In this document: in pieces, positions 44,155-56,521 of the stretch
Layout of the letters: every line of letters begins with the position of its first letter
How positions within the stretch are numbered: the stretch's first letter is position 1
Origin: Oopsacas minuta
Lineage: Eukaryota > Animalia > Porifera
NCBI GenBank assembly: GCA_024704765.1
Contig: JAKMXF010000310.1
Location: 434,001 to 498,000, forward strand
Direction: 5' to 3'
DNA: 64,000 nucleotides
Translations under genes and position numbers: made by a program
Notes under the pieces: generated by a model
What the model was told of the DNA's origin: nothing
Databases searched by the model: none
The model's input: only the letters and a program-made list of their open reading frames with translations

Positions 44155-44824
44155 CAATCTATAATTACAAATATTGTATCTTATCCTATTCTGTTATATT
44201 TCTATATTTTAACTGTCAAATTTTGTATATCTGTCACAGTTGATTTGTCCTGAATTAATTATTTAAAACTTTATCGTATTACTGCATTGCAAGAATATTT
44301 GTAGGTGTTTCATATTATTTAATTGACTATTACATGTTTCAATGTCTGATGTCAGTTACTTAATTGTTAGAATAGGGTTCAAATTCTTAATATAATTTTA
44401 ATCAAAATGCACGTGTAAGTATTGTAGTTATACGCATTTGTTGGTTGGGCATTGTGTTTCATTAAATTCCAGTAACGTTAATATATTTGTCTTTAATTTT
44501 ATTTATCGTTAATTTCCGAATTATTTCGTCTGCTCGATGTTCTGTTCAAGTGAGAGGAAGAATAACGATAATTTTTAAGCTATCTGGTTTGTGAATATAT
44601 TTATAAGGGTTCGCGGATTACCTAACTCTAGATGAAGGTCTGGAGTCGAGCGTTTGAACGATTGCACGGTTATTGCTATCTTTCTGCATCGGATATGTTT
44701 CCATGCATAAAATTCAGATAATCGAGGTTATTTGAAATACATACATAGATGCTAAACAACTAAAATAAGCCCTTGATAGTATCTATCTTAACAATAATAG
44801 ATTTGCACTATCTTAATAATTAGC

Positions 44825-45406
44825 ATGGAAGTACTAGAAGATAATATCCGTAAAAGAAACTTTAAAGAAGTACTCCAGCAGTGTGAAGAGGGCGAGATAC
44901 TCAATCCCTCAGGGTATGCTACAACAGAAGTATACATGATAATGCTTGGATGCTATCTAGCTACTGATGAGCTAGTACACGCTAAGTTTCTATGGACTAG
45001 GATACCTGATATCTTCAAGAGGGATAATCCTGTGTTAGGGAATTTGTGGAATGTTACTAAAACTCTCAAAGAGAGGGACATTGCTAAATTTCAAGAAGCA
45101 ATGACAGAGACCTGCTGGCCAGAAAACTACACTACTCTAATTGATGTAATTATAGAGTGTGTTACAGAGAGGAGAACTCTACTAATATCAAAATCCTACT
45201 CAGCTATACATATAGTGCATATGGGTAAACTACTAGGTTTGAGTCCTGAAAAAGCTAAGAGTATTTCATGTAAGTTAGGGTGGAGTGTGGATGAAGGTAC
45301 AGGGGTTGTTACACCTGTCATAAAACGTCTGGAACAGATGGAAGTTGTGAAGGGAAAAGAAATAATAGAACATCTATCTAAGTATGTTTCTTTCTTAGAG
45401 AACTAA
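44825..45406 (+). CDS. COPS8: COP9 signalosome subunit 8
   Basis: QQCEEGEI, YLATDELVHAKFLWTRIP, LISKSYSAI, PCI-like C-terminus LSKYVSFLEN; 193 aa. Confidence 0.93.
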   Translation: MEVLEDNIRKRNFKEVLQQCEEGEILNPSGYATTEVYMIMLGCYLATDELVHAKFLWTRIPDIFKRDNPVLGNLWNVTKTLKERDIAKFQEAMTETCWPENYTTLIDVIIECVTERRTLLISKSYSAIHIVHMGKLLGLSPEKAKSISCKLGWSVDEGTGVVTPVIKRLEQMEVVKGKEIIEHLSKYVSFLEN

Positions 45407-46186
45407 TTTAGCAATCAGACAATATATTGATATATGTAGTGATATTTGAATCTATTATTGACTGAGTTTTAAAATATTCAAATTTGGGATTATTAAACAT
45501 ACCGTATATTGCATAATATATGAACAATGCAGTACAAATTGATCGGGAAGGCATTTATTCGAAGCCCTAAAGTAGGACCGTAGGATAAACAACGAAAAGC
45601 TAGAAACAATGGAATGTAGTTTATTCCATTGTAGATTTGATTGTAAATTATATACAGTTAAAATAGGGTACTCATTAGAAAACAAAATCTGTTCGAGATA
45701 GTGAATATTCGAGTTAACGGTATGCAGTAAGTAATAAAAGTACAATAAGGGGAAGTGAGTATTCGTTCGAGTTACCGGATGTTGACTATATATAGTGTGT
45801 ATCTTTTGCAATTTTGACCCTATTCTAGGCCACATTGAAATATTATATTTATTATTTACCCTGTATTCTGTTCTCATTACTATAATATATATACGAATAT
45901 CCGGATACCAGCATTTATTTCCAGTCATATGTATAGTCAGCTCAGTTTATGGAACTCCTCTAGGTATTTGAGTGGGATTTCTGCAAAACAATTTACCATG
46001 GATGAGTGGAATGCCCTAAAACGAAATGTTGGACTTCCCGTATTTCATCTCGATTGTTGTTTGTTCAGAAATATTAAATCAATCAAGTAAATCGTATTTT
46101 ATTACATATTAATTTATATATTTCCTAAAATATTATTCATAGAAGTTTAATACTCTATTGAAATGCTAAGATTGATTGTATTATTA

Positions 46187-47098
46187 TTAATGCTTCCTCT
46201 TCTTCTTCTTTACTCTCCCAGATGTCTTAATTTTCCTCTTATCTCTTCCTCCTCTCATTCTCAGCTCTCCATCTTCTGAAAACTCAGTTCTTCCGAAATC
46301 CATAATAGAATCCATCTCAGACCTAACACCTTTCTCCTGTCTCTTCTGCTTCTTACTTATTGTTAATCTTAGAAAATTATCTTCTTCATATTTTTCTCTC
46401 TCTCTTCTCCTGTCTGCAACCTTCTCACTCCTGGAATATTCATTAGCTGATATCTCTCGGGGAGCATCTCTAACTTCCTCTCTCAGCTCTCGGATGAGAG
46501 AACTCTGAAGTGCCTTCTTCTTGTCTCTATCCCTCCCCTCTTCCCTGAACTCCCCCATAGTCCCTACTATCCCCGGGACAGCTGATATCCTGGGAGGTCG
46601 ATACACACGTGCTCCCTCCCCCTCCCCCTCACCACCTAAACTCAACCCTTCTTTTCGTGGCATCAAGTTAGAAGGATTAGGTTTATAGGACAATGGGTGG
46701 TGATTGCTCGTAGATCCTCTTGTTGCCAGGGTAACCAGTTTATCTATTTGGTATTTAGTTTTCATCTCAAGAGGTTTGATTTTCTCCAACACTACTCTCT
46801 CCTTTATCAGCTGATCGATTACGTCACTGTGTACAAGAGATAATGGCTTAGCTTCTAGCTTGTGTAGAATAACCTTAGTTAGGTTAATGATGTAATCTAG
46901 TAGTAAGTGTGACTTTAGAGATAACAGACTTATTCCTTCAGATTGAGTTTCTAATGCTGAGTCTTCAGATGAAGATGAATGGAAAGAAGACACAAATTCC
47001 TTCGCTTTATCAGTCTCAGTTTTAATATTACTTAACAGCTCTAAGAAGCGAGGTGTATGCTCTGCTACAATGTCTTCATCTTCTCCTTTCGTTATCAT
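46187..47098 (-). CDS. NGDN: Neuroguidin (Lcp5/Sas10-Utp3-C1D family)
   Basis: GISLLSLKSHLLLDY, RVVLEKIKPLEMKTKYQIDKLV, YRPPRISAV, YEEDNFLRL, basic C-tail. First ATG at 47098. Confidence 0.92.
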   Translation of the reverse strand: MITKGEDEDIVAEHTPRFLELLSNIKTETDKAKEFVSSFHSSSSEDSALETQSEGISLLSLKSHLLLDYIINLTKVILHKLEAKPLSLVHSDVIDQLIKERVVLEKIKPLEMKTKYQIDKLVTLATRGSTSNHHPLSYKPNPSNLMPRKEGLSLGGEGEGEGARVYRPPRISAVPGIVGTMGEFREEGRDRDKKKALQSSLIRELREEVRDAPREISANEYSRSEKVADRRREREKYEEDNFLRLTISKKQKRQEKGVRSEMDSIMDFGRTEFSEDGELRMRGGRDKRKIKTSGRVKKKKRKH

Positions 47099-47818
47099 AA
47101 TATCATTACTCAATATGAGACTAATTAAGTGTTTCAACGTTTATTAATTTACGACTTTATGATAGAATACAAAATTAGTATTATAATTACGATTAGTATC
47201 TCCATTGCAAGAACTGATACATAATTGAAGGTAATATCTGCCATAACTCTTCATTTGACATTTCCTGTAGAAGTAGAACAGTGATTCGGCCTCTTAAAGA
47301 GCTAAAAAGTCCATAACCACTAGCATTACTGATCCGACAATACCTAGACCACCTAACATGATGAGCAAAGTAGTTTATGCCACGCGCCTTTCGGTTTTAT
47401 CAAGTAGTTACTAATAGTTCGATATTTCGATACGAATTCATATTATTTTAAGAGTTTGAGTATCCACTACACTCATTTGAGTAATTATTTAGAACTATGT
47501 TGGTCAATTCAGTTAATTTGGTCACAACTCCAGTAGTCGTTCCAAACTTAAAAACGCCACCATACATGTGCAACCCTGCTAATAATATGCATGAATGAAC
47601 ACGTCCGTAACTACGTAGTTTACGATACGATTTTGTATTCTGGGTTTAATTGGCCTGTCAAATTGGTCCCGGTCAAAAGTAGTCATTTAACTCTCTTCAG
47701 ATTTGTTTGGAGAAATTTTTTATGGATTAGCGTCTAATATAGCTGTCTCCTTATATGCTGTGCCAGTATCTCTTTACTAGTTTAGGAGTTGTTAATAAAG
47801 TTATTCGATGAATTAGCT

Positions 47819-48932
47819 GAGCCATAGCCTACTAAATGTAAGGCTTAACAGTAAAAGTACCAGGGATGAAGTAATAGCTGAAAGCATTTATAGACATAGT
47901 TTCTTTATTGCAGAAAAATGCATTTTTTGGCTGAATAAATGTATTACATTTTTGTAGAATATCAAATTTTACACAAATAAATGGTAAAAACTTTTAGGAA
48001 TGTGTAAAAACTTTTAGGAATGTGTAGAAATATGTGTCTAGTAAGCATTTATTTTGTAAATATGTCATTCTTTGATGCCTTATAGAACATTAAATATTGC
48101 ATTTATCAACTCAAAGTGAATAAATGAAATGATCTATAGATCCTTTTATACAAAATGTCAAAAATTTGTCATTCAAAAGTTGGCTCGTTGTTGAGTTAAG
48201 GTAGAGACCATGGATGACAATTTTTTATGAATATTCAATTATAACTCGAGGATCATTAAAATTATCGTAAAATCAGGATAGTCAATTTAAACTATTAATC
48301 CGACTTCCCATACCCTTGCAATACATTTTGATATGAAATAATTGAAGAGTATTGCAGAATATTGGAAAATGACCATATATGAGCATCGTCACATTGGCGA
48401 GAGATATCATATCAAAATGTATTGCAAGGGTATGGGAAGTCGGATTAATAGTTTAAATTGACTATCCTGATTTTACGATAATTTTAATGATCCTCGAGTT
48501 ATAATTGAATATTCATAAAAAATTGTCATCCATGGTCTCTACCTTAACTCAACAACGAGCCAACTTTTGAATGACAAATTTTTGACATTTTGTATAAAAG
48601 GATCTATAGATCATTTCATTTATTCACTTTGAGTTGATAAATGCAATATTTAATGTTCTATAAGGCATCAAAGAATGACATATTTACAAAATAAATGCTT
48701 ACTAGACACATATTTTTACACATTCCTAAAAGTTTTTACACATTCCTAAAAGTTTTTACCATTTATTTGTGTAAAATTTGATGTTCTACAAAAATGTAAT
48801 ACATTTATTCAGCCAAAAATGCATTTTTCTGCAATAAAGAAACTATGTCTATAAATGCTTTCAGCTCATACTACATCCCTGGTGCCAAAAATTCGAATTC
48901 TGTTAGGCCATATGTTTAGTAGGCTATGGCTG
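47819..48932. repeat. Long near-perfect palindrome: arms 47819-48336 and 48407-48932, 70-bp spacer (probable non-autonomous long-TIR transposon, Sola2-like)
   Basis: Arms are reverse complements with only a few differences over the inner ~450 bp. Termini GAGCCATAGCCTACTA / TAGTAGGCTATGGCTG; flanks AGCT / AGCA. Confidence 0.9.
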
Positions 48933-49047
48933 AGCACATATCTATTAAATCTAGGCCAGGACCAATTTTCTCGTGACAGGTCCAACCTTGCTCACCTTCA
49001 ATTCAATAACACATATAACATTATAGTTAACTGATTAGTGTATACTG

Positions 49048-49860
49048 ATGGGACAATCTCACACCCTTTATAGGAACCAATCTAAAAGTAAACCATTCCC
49101 AGACCTCTCCCAGCTCCCAGCAGAGCTAGCAGTACAAGTACTATCCCATCTAGATGCTACTGACCTCTGTCTAGCTTCTTGCGTTAACGAGATTTGGCAG
49201 CAACTAGCAGATGACAATGTACTATGGCTTGATCTCTGTAAGAGACGCTGGGGCTTTACACGTCAATACGATAAGCCTCTATCTACACACTTTAAGAACT
49301 ACAAGCAACTCTACTTATCACTAGATACTGCTACTCTTTCTTGTCGTACTGACATGAGGGAAGGGATAGTATATCTAGTTGATCAAGAGGTTTTATGGGA
49401 CTGTATAGATGATATAGCACTATTCATATTAAACACAAGTTCTCTATCTTTCTCATCGTTACGTAGATATCTGAAAGAGCAACCTCTACTATTAGACACC
49501 ATCATTAAGAACTTAGATTTCCAAGGAGTGTTCCTCCCTGATGCTATCCGTACTTTCTTCCTACACATCCCTCCACCTAATAGTCTAACCCAACAAGCTG
49601 ATGAACTCATCTCTCAGTTCTGTGAGCACTTTATCCTCTGTAACTCAGATACTACCTTCTCTAAAGATGAGCTCTGTTACCTCTGCTACTCTCTCTTCCT
49701 ACTCTCAGTTGATCTCAACAGTCCGCAGGTAAAGAACAAAATGTCTAAGAGAGAATTTATCAGGAACACACGCAGAGGTCACGACCTGCCTACCGAGTAC
49801 TTAGGATATCTATATGATAATATATATCTGCATGGACACCTGGCTCCTAGACTAATATAG
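49048..49860 (+). CDS. FBXO8: F-box only protein 8 (F-box + Sec7)
   Basis: F-box LSQLPAELAVQVLSHLDATDLCLASCV; Sec7 LPDAIRTFF, CYSLFLLSVDL, KNKMSKREFIRN. Confidence 0.95.
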   Translation: MGQSHTLYRNQSKSKPFPDLSQLPAELAVQVLSHLDATDLCLASCVNEIWQQLADDNVLWLDLCKRRWGFTRQYDKPLSTHFKNYKQLYLSLDTATLSCRTDMREGIVYLVDQEVLWDCIDDIALFILNTSSLSFSSLRRYLKEQPLLLDTIIKNLDFQGVFLPDAIRTFFLHIPPPNSLTQQADELISQFCEHFILCNSDTTFSKDELCYLCYSLFLLSVDLNSPQVKNKMSKREFIRNTRRGHDLPTEYLGYLYDNIYLHGHLAPRLI

Positions 49861-50303
49861 CATGATAATGTATTAATATAACACATATGATACACCGATA
49901 ACTGAAGCACACCCCTAGTAGAGATCTTCAGTACTTTATACCCCAACAGCTGTGAGAGTATTGATCTGTCTTACATTGTCCGGATATCTATGACGTCACT
50001 TGAAGTTACAGATATGGATTTGTTGGAAATTCCGAATTCACTCCCTCATTCCCACCTTATATGAGAAAGCTAAAGTGAGTAGTTTATATGATAGGTAAAT
50101 AGAATTAGTCGTTGGTAATTATTATCCTGAAGCTAAACAATTACTGATAAGCTATATACTACTGACAAATAATTCGTTAGCTTTGATGATTATGTACTGT
50201 ACTGTACTGTTATGTTTTACAGACTTAAACTCTCACTGAGTATACAGCCTTAATATTATTCAATTGATGTTTGTCTATAGTAAGTACGTAAGGTAAATCA
50301 GAT

Positions 50304-50606
50304 CAGGGCTGGAGTTGGTTAACCAAATTAGGGAATGGTTAAACTTTGTATAATAAACTGCGGTTAACCGGTTAACTGCTATGAGAGAATATGTTCGGTT
50401 AACCGAATATTGTCGTTTCCACCAATTTATTTATTGTTCCTTAGGGTTTTTAACGATCAAAATTTGAGAATACGGACCTAAAATGTAACTTTTCATAAAT
50501 AACTAACTAGCAGAATTCTTGTATACATTTTCGTACGTCTAAAAAGGAACACTGAATATATTTTCTGGATATAGAGGCGGTTATCGGTTAACCAAATTCA
50601 GCCCTG
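50304..50606. mobile_element. hAT-like MITE
   Basis: CAGGGCTGGAGTTGGTTAACC ... GGTTAACCAAATTCAGCCCTG TIRs with internal GGTTAACC repeats; TSD imperfect. Confidence 0.7.
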
Positions 50607-50905
50607 ATCATATTTATGGAACGTCTCTTACCTCTCACGATCTCGTCTTGAGTTTGCGATGTCATGTTACCCTGACCATATAATCTTGGTCTCCTTTCCA
50701 TAGCAATGTAATATCCTCACAGAGAGTCGCGAGAAATCTCACTATGTTGGAGTTTCATAGTTAATAACCTTTCCTTTCAAATTATGTTCCTTATATGACA
50801 ACTGTAACCAGATACCGACTCAAATACAGTTAAATAAGTCAGATCCCTAATCTTCTTAAATAATTTTAATGATTAGAACCTCCAAACACCGCCACTACAT
50901 ACTTA

Positions 50906-50972
50906 CAGTGAACCTGCATAATCCGACACAATACTCATGCCCCGGCGAGTGTCGGATTATGCAGCTTCCACG
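50906..50972. mobile_element. Tiny TA-flanked hairpin MITE (Tigger/pogo-like)
   Basis: CTGCATAATCCGACAC ... GTGTCGGATTATGCAG, a perfect 16-bp stem. Confidence 0.6.
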
Positions 50973-51327
50973 TATAGCAGCTACAAATACATAACGGCTA
51001 CTTAATGCCGGTTCTTGTGTGGCGGTTACTAACAGGCTCAATATAATACAATTATATTATATCAACTCCGTAGATACCACTGACAGGGCTTCATCTAGAG
51101 TTAGGTAACCCGCACACCCAAGTGTCCATAGATTAAATTTCCCATACCCTAGTGTATTAAGAACATGAGGATACCACCTGATAAAGGTCAGATTTCTGCG
51201 CCCTCATAAATATTTCCCAAAATTCACGCACACTGAGAATACGTTACTTAGACTTCGTTATTAACCAGCTATACTTTAGATATATTTAAAGATGTAATAG
51301 AATTTCATAATAGTGATTTAGTTAATA

Positions 51328-52482
51328 ATGAGCTTCAACTGCTATCCATTATCCGAGTCATTGAAAATAACTTATGGATATTGCTCATTCAGATATAAAC
51401 ACAGAATATTCGTGTACGGAGGTTGTGATGAAGACAGTACCGATGAATACTTCAAACCTCCAGATATTATCCATGATCTTAATCTGTTCACAGGTATCTG
51501 GACTGAACACGTCATCAAAGAGAACCTAGCTCTCCCTAATCGTAGAGTGTACAGTTTAATGGTACCACATAATGATACAGCATACTTATTCTGTGGTTTC
51601 GATAGTATAGAATATAGAATTTGTGATTTTAGAGGTCTAGACTTAAATACCTTTGAATTTAAGATGTTGTCAAAACCTCCAGTTAGTGAGCGAGACAAGC
51701 TCGAGGGCTGGACTTATCAAAACGATATATATTTCTTTGGAGGTTATGGCCCAATGCCTGTTAATAAAGATCAAAGTAACTCCCATTCTACTCACAAACC
51801 TTATCAAGAATATTACAACTTTGGATGGAACAATGATCTAGTTGCTTACAACACTAAGACAAAAAGTTGGTTCCATCCTTCTATTAAAGGCCCTCTGCCT
51901 AGTGGACGGGCTGCTTACGGTCTTGTTCAGTTCGGACACAGAATATATTTCGTTTGTGGGCGTAGGATGGAGAGGAGATGTAGTGAGATTCATATCCTAG
52001 ACCTACATGAGGGAGAGTGGAGCGGTGAGATACAAATATCAGGGAAATCTCCAGTACCAGAGGGCAGGTCCTGGATGGCCTGTTGTCCGGTTGGAGACCA
52101 GTATATATACGTACAAGGGGGGATTAGCAATCAGGACAAGGCTCTCTCGGACATCTGGTTATTCAATATTAATACACACACATGGTCGGAGATACTAACA
52201 CAACAAGTACTAGCACCGAGGCTAGCTTGTAGAGGACATAGCGGTTTGAATGATAATTATGTAATAGTAATATCTGGAAGGAGGGAGGATATAACAGTTC
52301 AAGTATCTGATGAAGCGTGCAATAAAGATTATTTAGTGTGGGAGCTAGCTCCCAGGTCACTGAAGTTGTTAAGTCTCAGAACATTATATCACATGCTAAA
52401 TAAGGGTTCTATTCAGTGGACATTCCTAGAGAAAGTATTACCCTTATATCTCCAGACTGAGTATCTTGAGTTAATTAAATAA
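51328..52482 (+). CDS. Kelch domain-containing protein, KLHDC1/KLHDC2-like
   Basis: Kelch repeats (IFVYGG, YFFGGYG, GWNNDL, PSGRAAY, PEGRSW, YVQGG); C-terminal BC/Cul-box-like PRSLKLLSL..LP..L. Confidence 0.85.
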   Translation: MSFNCYPLSESLKITYGYCSFRYKHRIFVYGGCDEDSTDEYFKPPDIIHDLNLFTGIWTEHVIKENLALPNRRVYSLMVPHNDTAYLFCGFDSIEYRICDFRGLDLNTFEFKMLSKPPVSERDKLEGWTYQNDIYFFGGYGPMPVNKDQSNSHSTHKPYQEYYNFGWNNDLVAYNTKTKSWFHPSIKGPLPSGRAAYGLVQFGHRIYFVCGRRMERRCSEIHILDLHEGEWSGEIQISGKSPVPEGRSWMACCPVGDQYIYVQGGISNQDKALSDIWLFNINTHTWSEILTQQVLAPRLACRGHSGLNDNYVIVISGRREDITVQVSDEACNKDYLVWELAPRSLKLLSLRTLYHMLNKGSIQWTFLEKVLPLYLQTEYLELIK

Positions 52483-52752
52483 ATAATAAATAATAGTTCA
52501 TTAAATACGAGAATATTTGATAATTTAATATATGTTGTGTTGTATTTAATTTTGTAAATAAGAACGTATTTATAATTTATACTTGAGGTATTTGGAATTT
52601 CCTATATATGGTAATGTTTGTTAAATCAAAAATAGTTGAAGCATAAAATCCAGGATAATAACCGCGCATATAACTCGTTATAATACAGTAGATCTTGGTA
52701 TAATATAACTAGGCATATCTAAGCAAGTAAGTTAATTTTTATCTGAGTTAGA

Positions 52753-53418
52753 ATGGCACAAACAGATCAAACTCTGCGGTATACTAAACATGGTTGGAAG
52801 ATGATTAGAGAAGGAGAGAGGGGAGTATTCGACTTGGATGAACCTGAGTGGATAGACGATAACAAATTTGACAGGTGTCAAACTTGTAATTCTAATTTCT
52901 CTCTTTTTGTGAGGAGACATCATTGTCGCAGATGTGGTAAGCTCCTGTGTGGGAAATGCTGTCACTCTAAGGTAGAACTATGGCGTATGGGTTTCATGGA
53001 TCCACAACTAGTGTGTAACACCTGTGTCAGTATTTCACAGGTGGAGAAAGAGCTATACAGTGTAGCTGATATGTTCAGTAAAGGAGCTCTGCTCATGATA
53101 GAAGAAAATGATCGTTCATTTGGTCACGTTTCTAAATTCTATTTCGACATCAATACTGGAGTAATAGAGTACGAGAATAAACCAATGTCTATCTCTACAG
53201 CCAGTGATATTACATGTAGGATGACTAAAGACCCTATCAGTGGGAAATCTATTCTCTTTTCACTGAGCTTCAGGGCTATTCACGATGTAGATGAAGTCAA
53301 ACTTAAACTTAGTGTTTCTGCACCAGAAGTAGAGAACAAGAAAGAGTCTATGGACTGGCTATCTGGCCTAAGACTAGCATTCTCTATCTTGGGTAAAACT
53401 GTAGCTATATCGTCCTGA
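52753..53418 (+). CDS. ZFYVE21: FYVE zinc finger protein 21
   Basis: WIDD..C..C..F....RRHHCRRCG..C..CC, RMGFMDP..C..C, followed by a PH-like C-terminus; 221 aa. Confidence 0.85.
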   Translation: MAQTDQTLRYTKHGWKMIREGERGVFDLDEPEWIDDNKFDRCQTCNSNFSLFVRRHHCRRCGKLLCGKCCHSKVELWRMGFMDPQLVCNTCVSISQVEKELYSVADMFSKGALLMIEENDRSFGHVSKFYFDINTGVIEYENKPMSISTASDITCRMTKDPISGKSILFSLSFRAIHDVDEVKLKLSVSAPEVENKKESMDWLSGLRLAFSILGKTVAISS

Positions 53419-53497
53419 GTAATGCATTTGTTATTCATTAATTTACGAATTTCTTGAAATATTATGAAATTTCTTGGTTTTTACCTATATCAACCCC

Positions 53498-53527
53498 TGT
53501 ATTGTATTGTATTGTATTGTATTGTAT
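53498..53527. repeat. (ATTGT)n pentanucleotide repeat
   Basis: Five full units at 53501-53525. Confidence 0.9.
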
Positions 53528-53654
53528 GTTATGAGTAAATTTGCTACAGTTTGAGTTGAACAGTCATATTATGATGAAATATGATTTTGATATTTTATTA
53601 ATATACTTACATCATTGCATTCTAATGCACTAAGGCAATGGCACCAACTTTTTT

Positions 53655-54082
53655 CTAGGACCAGGGATTGGTTAAACAAGTTCGAGATTTGTTTTGCTAA
53701 GTGTATATCTCAGAAACAATGCACTTTGGGCCGAATGAATGTATTACATACTTGTAGAAATACATGTTATCATTCCATTAAAGCAAAAATTTTGTCAAAA
53801 TGTGCCAAATTATATATTTTGTAATAAATAATTCAACGAATTATCAAAAAATGATCCATCTTTAAAACCATGTAGAACGTTAAATATTGATATTTGATTA
53901 AAATGTTGAAATACAAAATGTTCTAAAATCGTTTTTACACAAAATATAAAAATGATGTCATGATAAAGTTAGCAAGTTTCTGAGTTATAGCACATATAAC
54001 TCGATAAGCATGGAAATTATTGTAAAATCAGGATGCCAATAATATACATCTAACTTCCCATACCCTGATAATACATTTTGAA
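53655..54082 (+). repeat. Degenerate single-arm relative of the 47.8-48.9-kb palindrome
   Basis: Shares ACCAGGGAT, ATGTATTACAT..TGTAGAA, TATAACTCGA, TAAAATCAGGAT and ACTTCCCATACCCT..AATACATTTTGA in the same order. Confidence 0.6.
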
Positions 54083-54663
54083 TTTGGTGCCATTGTCTTA
54101 GTGTATAGAATGCTATGACTTACACCATACAAATAATGAATTTTATTGTGTTTGTTAAGACAATTTCAAAATTGCAAACCATAAATCCTTTCCTTGACAA
54201 CAGACAACAATTGAGATTTAATTATTATACATTATTCTGATATTTGAGAAATAGTATGATGCATATGCATGTGATGATAATTATGATCTAGAAAATTCAT
54301 AAATCATTGGATATTTACGGTAAGAATCATACTTGCTGATTTCAAATTTCGAAATCAGGGTTAATACTTAATGTGTATTTATGTAAGATCTGTAGAAATT
54401 GCGTTCAGCAAGCTTGTTTGAGGATTAGGTGTGTAATTATTCGTGGATATGAAAAGCAAATTATTAATCTTATAAATATACAAGTAATGTAATATTTATT
54501 GAAATATTCCCTAAAATGAATATACACCGATATCCGATTTGGCTGGAAAAGTGTGGTTCCCAAATACAAATACAAATTAAGTAAATTCATAAAAGACATA
54601 AATCAAAAGCTATTACTAAAGTAACTTCATTTATTTGTTCAATTTAATCATGTAGCGTATAGA

Positions 54664-55740
54664 ATGGATACTTCTCTACTTCTCTACACAGTATTATTCA
54701 TTGGGATGTTCCTAGCATTTCCAAAAGAGCTGAAGAGAGCTGGTTTCAATATAGACTATGTATTCCATGGCTGGTTAGGAGATCCTCAGTTAGATTATCT
54801 TGGCTTTCATGTACGTCGTACCTCGCTAACATTCTTACTACACTGTTGTCTCCCTTTCCTCTATTTGGGTATTATCCATACTAATCTCGTATCCTTTACT
54901 CTCCCGGAGTATGTTGAAATGTCAATCACTACTCTAGGCGTATTAACAGCTAGCTATGGGATGATTTGTTTCTTCCTACATGTATCGTTACAGAGACATC
55001 CAGTATATAAACGTCTACAGAAATACGATACTCCTATATCTCGCGTTAAACTAGAAGTTAATTCACAAGCCAGGAGCATAGGTGCCTACCACACTGATAA
55101 CGGTGCATATCGGTTAACAGTAACAACTGAATGGTTACTAGCTCCCAGCTGTTACAATATTGAAGTAGCATTCCTCAACGATACTCATCTGGAGCTGGAG
55201 AGTAGCAGAACGCTTGAATTGTCTGAGAATGCAAAGGAGGGATCACAGCATGTTAAAGTTATCGCTACCAGTACTTCTGGGAAGTACAGACAATTCATAG
55301 TTATGCTAAACTCCCTGGATTACAGAGATTTCACAAATTCTCTTAAGATACCTGTACACAACACTCGTAGCATATTAATAAACCAGTCTCTTAGCGAGCA
55401 GTTTACTGACACATTCTTAACCCATATAAGAGAGAATCCTAAGTATTCAGTACGGAGATTCAGAGATGTGGATAATGAAGGAGAGCTGGAGAACTGTCTG
55501 GGGTGTGTAGTGAAGAAAGCTCAAGTGAAACTACGTAAAACATGTGCTAGCAGTAGACAAGGGGGTAGACCTTGTACTCAGTGCAGATGTAGACCAATGT
55601 GGTGCTCAGAGTGTATGGCTCGTTGGTTCTGCTCCAAACAGGACCAGTCCAGCCCCAACACCTGGTTAAGAGGGAAGGCACCCTGTCCCATGTGTAGACA
55701 AGTGTTCTGTATATTAGATGTGTGTATGATTGTTAATTAA
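54664..55740 (+). CDS. TMEM129: E3 ubiquitin ligase TM129
   Basis: HVRRTSLT, TM segments, C4C4 RING CLGC..C..C..CRCRPMWCSECMARWF..CPMCR..FC.LDV. Confidence 0.95.
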   Translation: MDTSLLLYTVLFIGMFLAFPKELKRAGFNIDYVFHGWLGDPQLDYLGFHVRRTSLTFLLHCCLPFLYLGIIHTNLVSFTLPEYVEMSITTLGVLTASYGMICFFLHVSLQRHPVYKRLQKYDTPISRVKLEVNSQARSIGAYHTDNGAYRLTVTTEWLLAPSCYNIEVAFLNDTHLELESSRTLELSENAKEGSQHVKVIATSTSGKYRQFIVMLNSLDYRDFTNSLKIPVHNTRSILINQSLSEQFTDTFLTHIRENPKYSVRRFRDVDNEGELENCLGCVVKKAQVKLRKTCASSRQGGRPCTQCRCRPMWCSECMARWFCSKQDQSSPNTWLRGKAPCPMCRQVFCILDVCMIVN

Positions 55741-56521
55741 CTGATGATTGAATCAGTGGCTACTATATTATGTGGTTAATTTGATTCATTTTATATTATA
55801 TACTGCTCTAATCTTATTATTATATCTCTGGAGTATGTAAGAACACAACTGGGTAGATAGCAAATTTGGCATACGCTCGGTAGTATAAAGTGTTCGCAAT
55901 TAGCACATAATCAAGATAGGCTCTAGGTCGATTTCTTCCAAACATTTCCCACTAATGACATAAATAATTTGAACTGTTTGAAATTCTAACGAATGAAGAT
56001 GTTAATATTTTAGTTACTTTCTCATTTTATAGATGTCCCTGAAATTTGTAAATTAAATCCGATTTTTATTACAATCTGGGAAAGAGAAGAGTTCAAACCT
56101 CTTTTAATCAACTCATCTTTTAAAAGTGTTAGTCATGCTCAATGGTAGTACTCAACTGTTTCCCCTAAGCTAGTGAAATAATATGAAGAAAGTTGTCGTC
56201 TAAGCGGTCAACGCGCTCTGAAACCCAATACTACATTCTTGGATACAAATTCAATTATCCATATTGAAGGAACGTGCTAACACAGCAACATAACACGGGA
56301 ATGATACACAGCAAGCACAATTATTTCAACTATAAAGGTATGTATTATTACCTTACCATGTTTTAGTGAAATTTCTGTGAATGCTACATACTGAGAACTG
56401 TAAATACTAGTTCGTGTTGATATCCTATAGTTTAATCAAGTGTATGATATCAAGAATCTTCCAATCTAGATCAGCTGGTATATTTATTTATTCGATATTA
56501 CACTCTCCTACATACAAACGA

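Noticed and set aside
45455-45928. 157-aa minus-strand ORF
   Set aside because: Overlaps Tigger-like MITE fragments; composition looks non-coding.
51328-52482. Kelch protein as a RAG2-like partner of the RAG1-like relic
   Set aside because: About 24 kb away among housekeeping genes, no PHD finger, and a KLHDC-type BC/Cul box.
56414-56521. N-terminal extension of FTCD
   Set aside because: Starts at TTG; homology begins at MIHSKIIECVPNF (56522).
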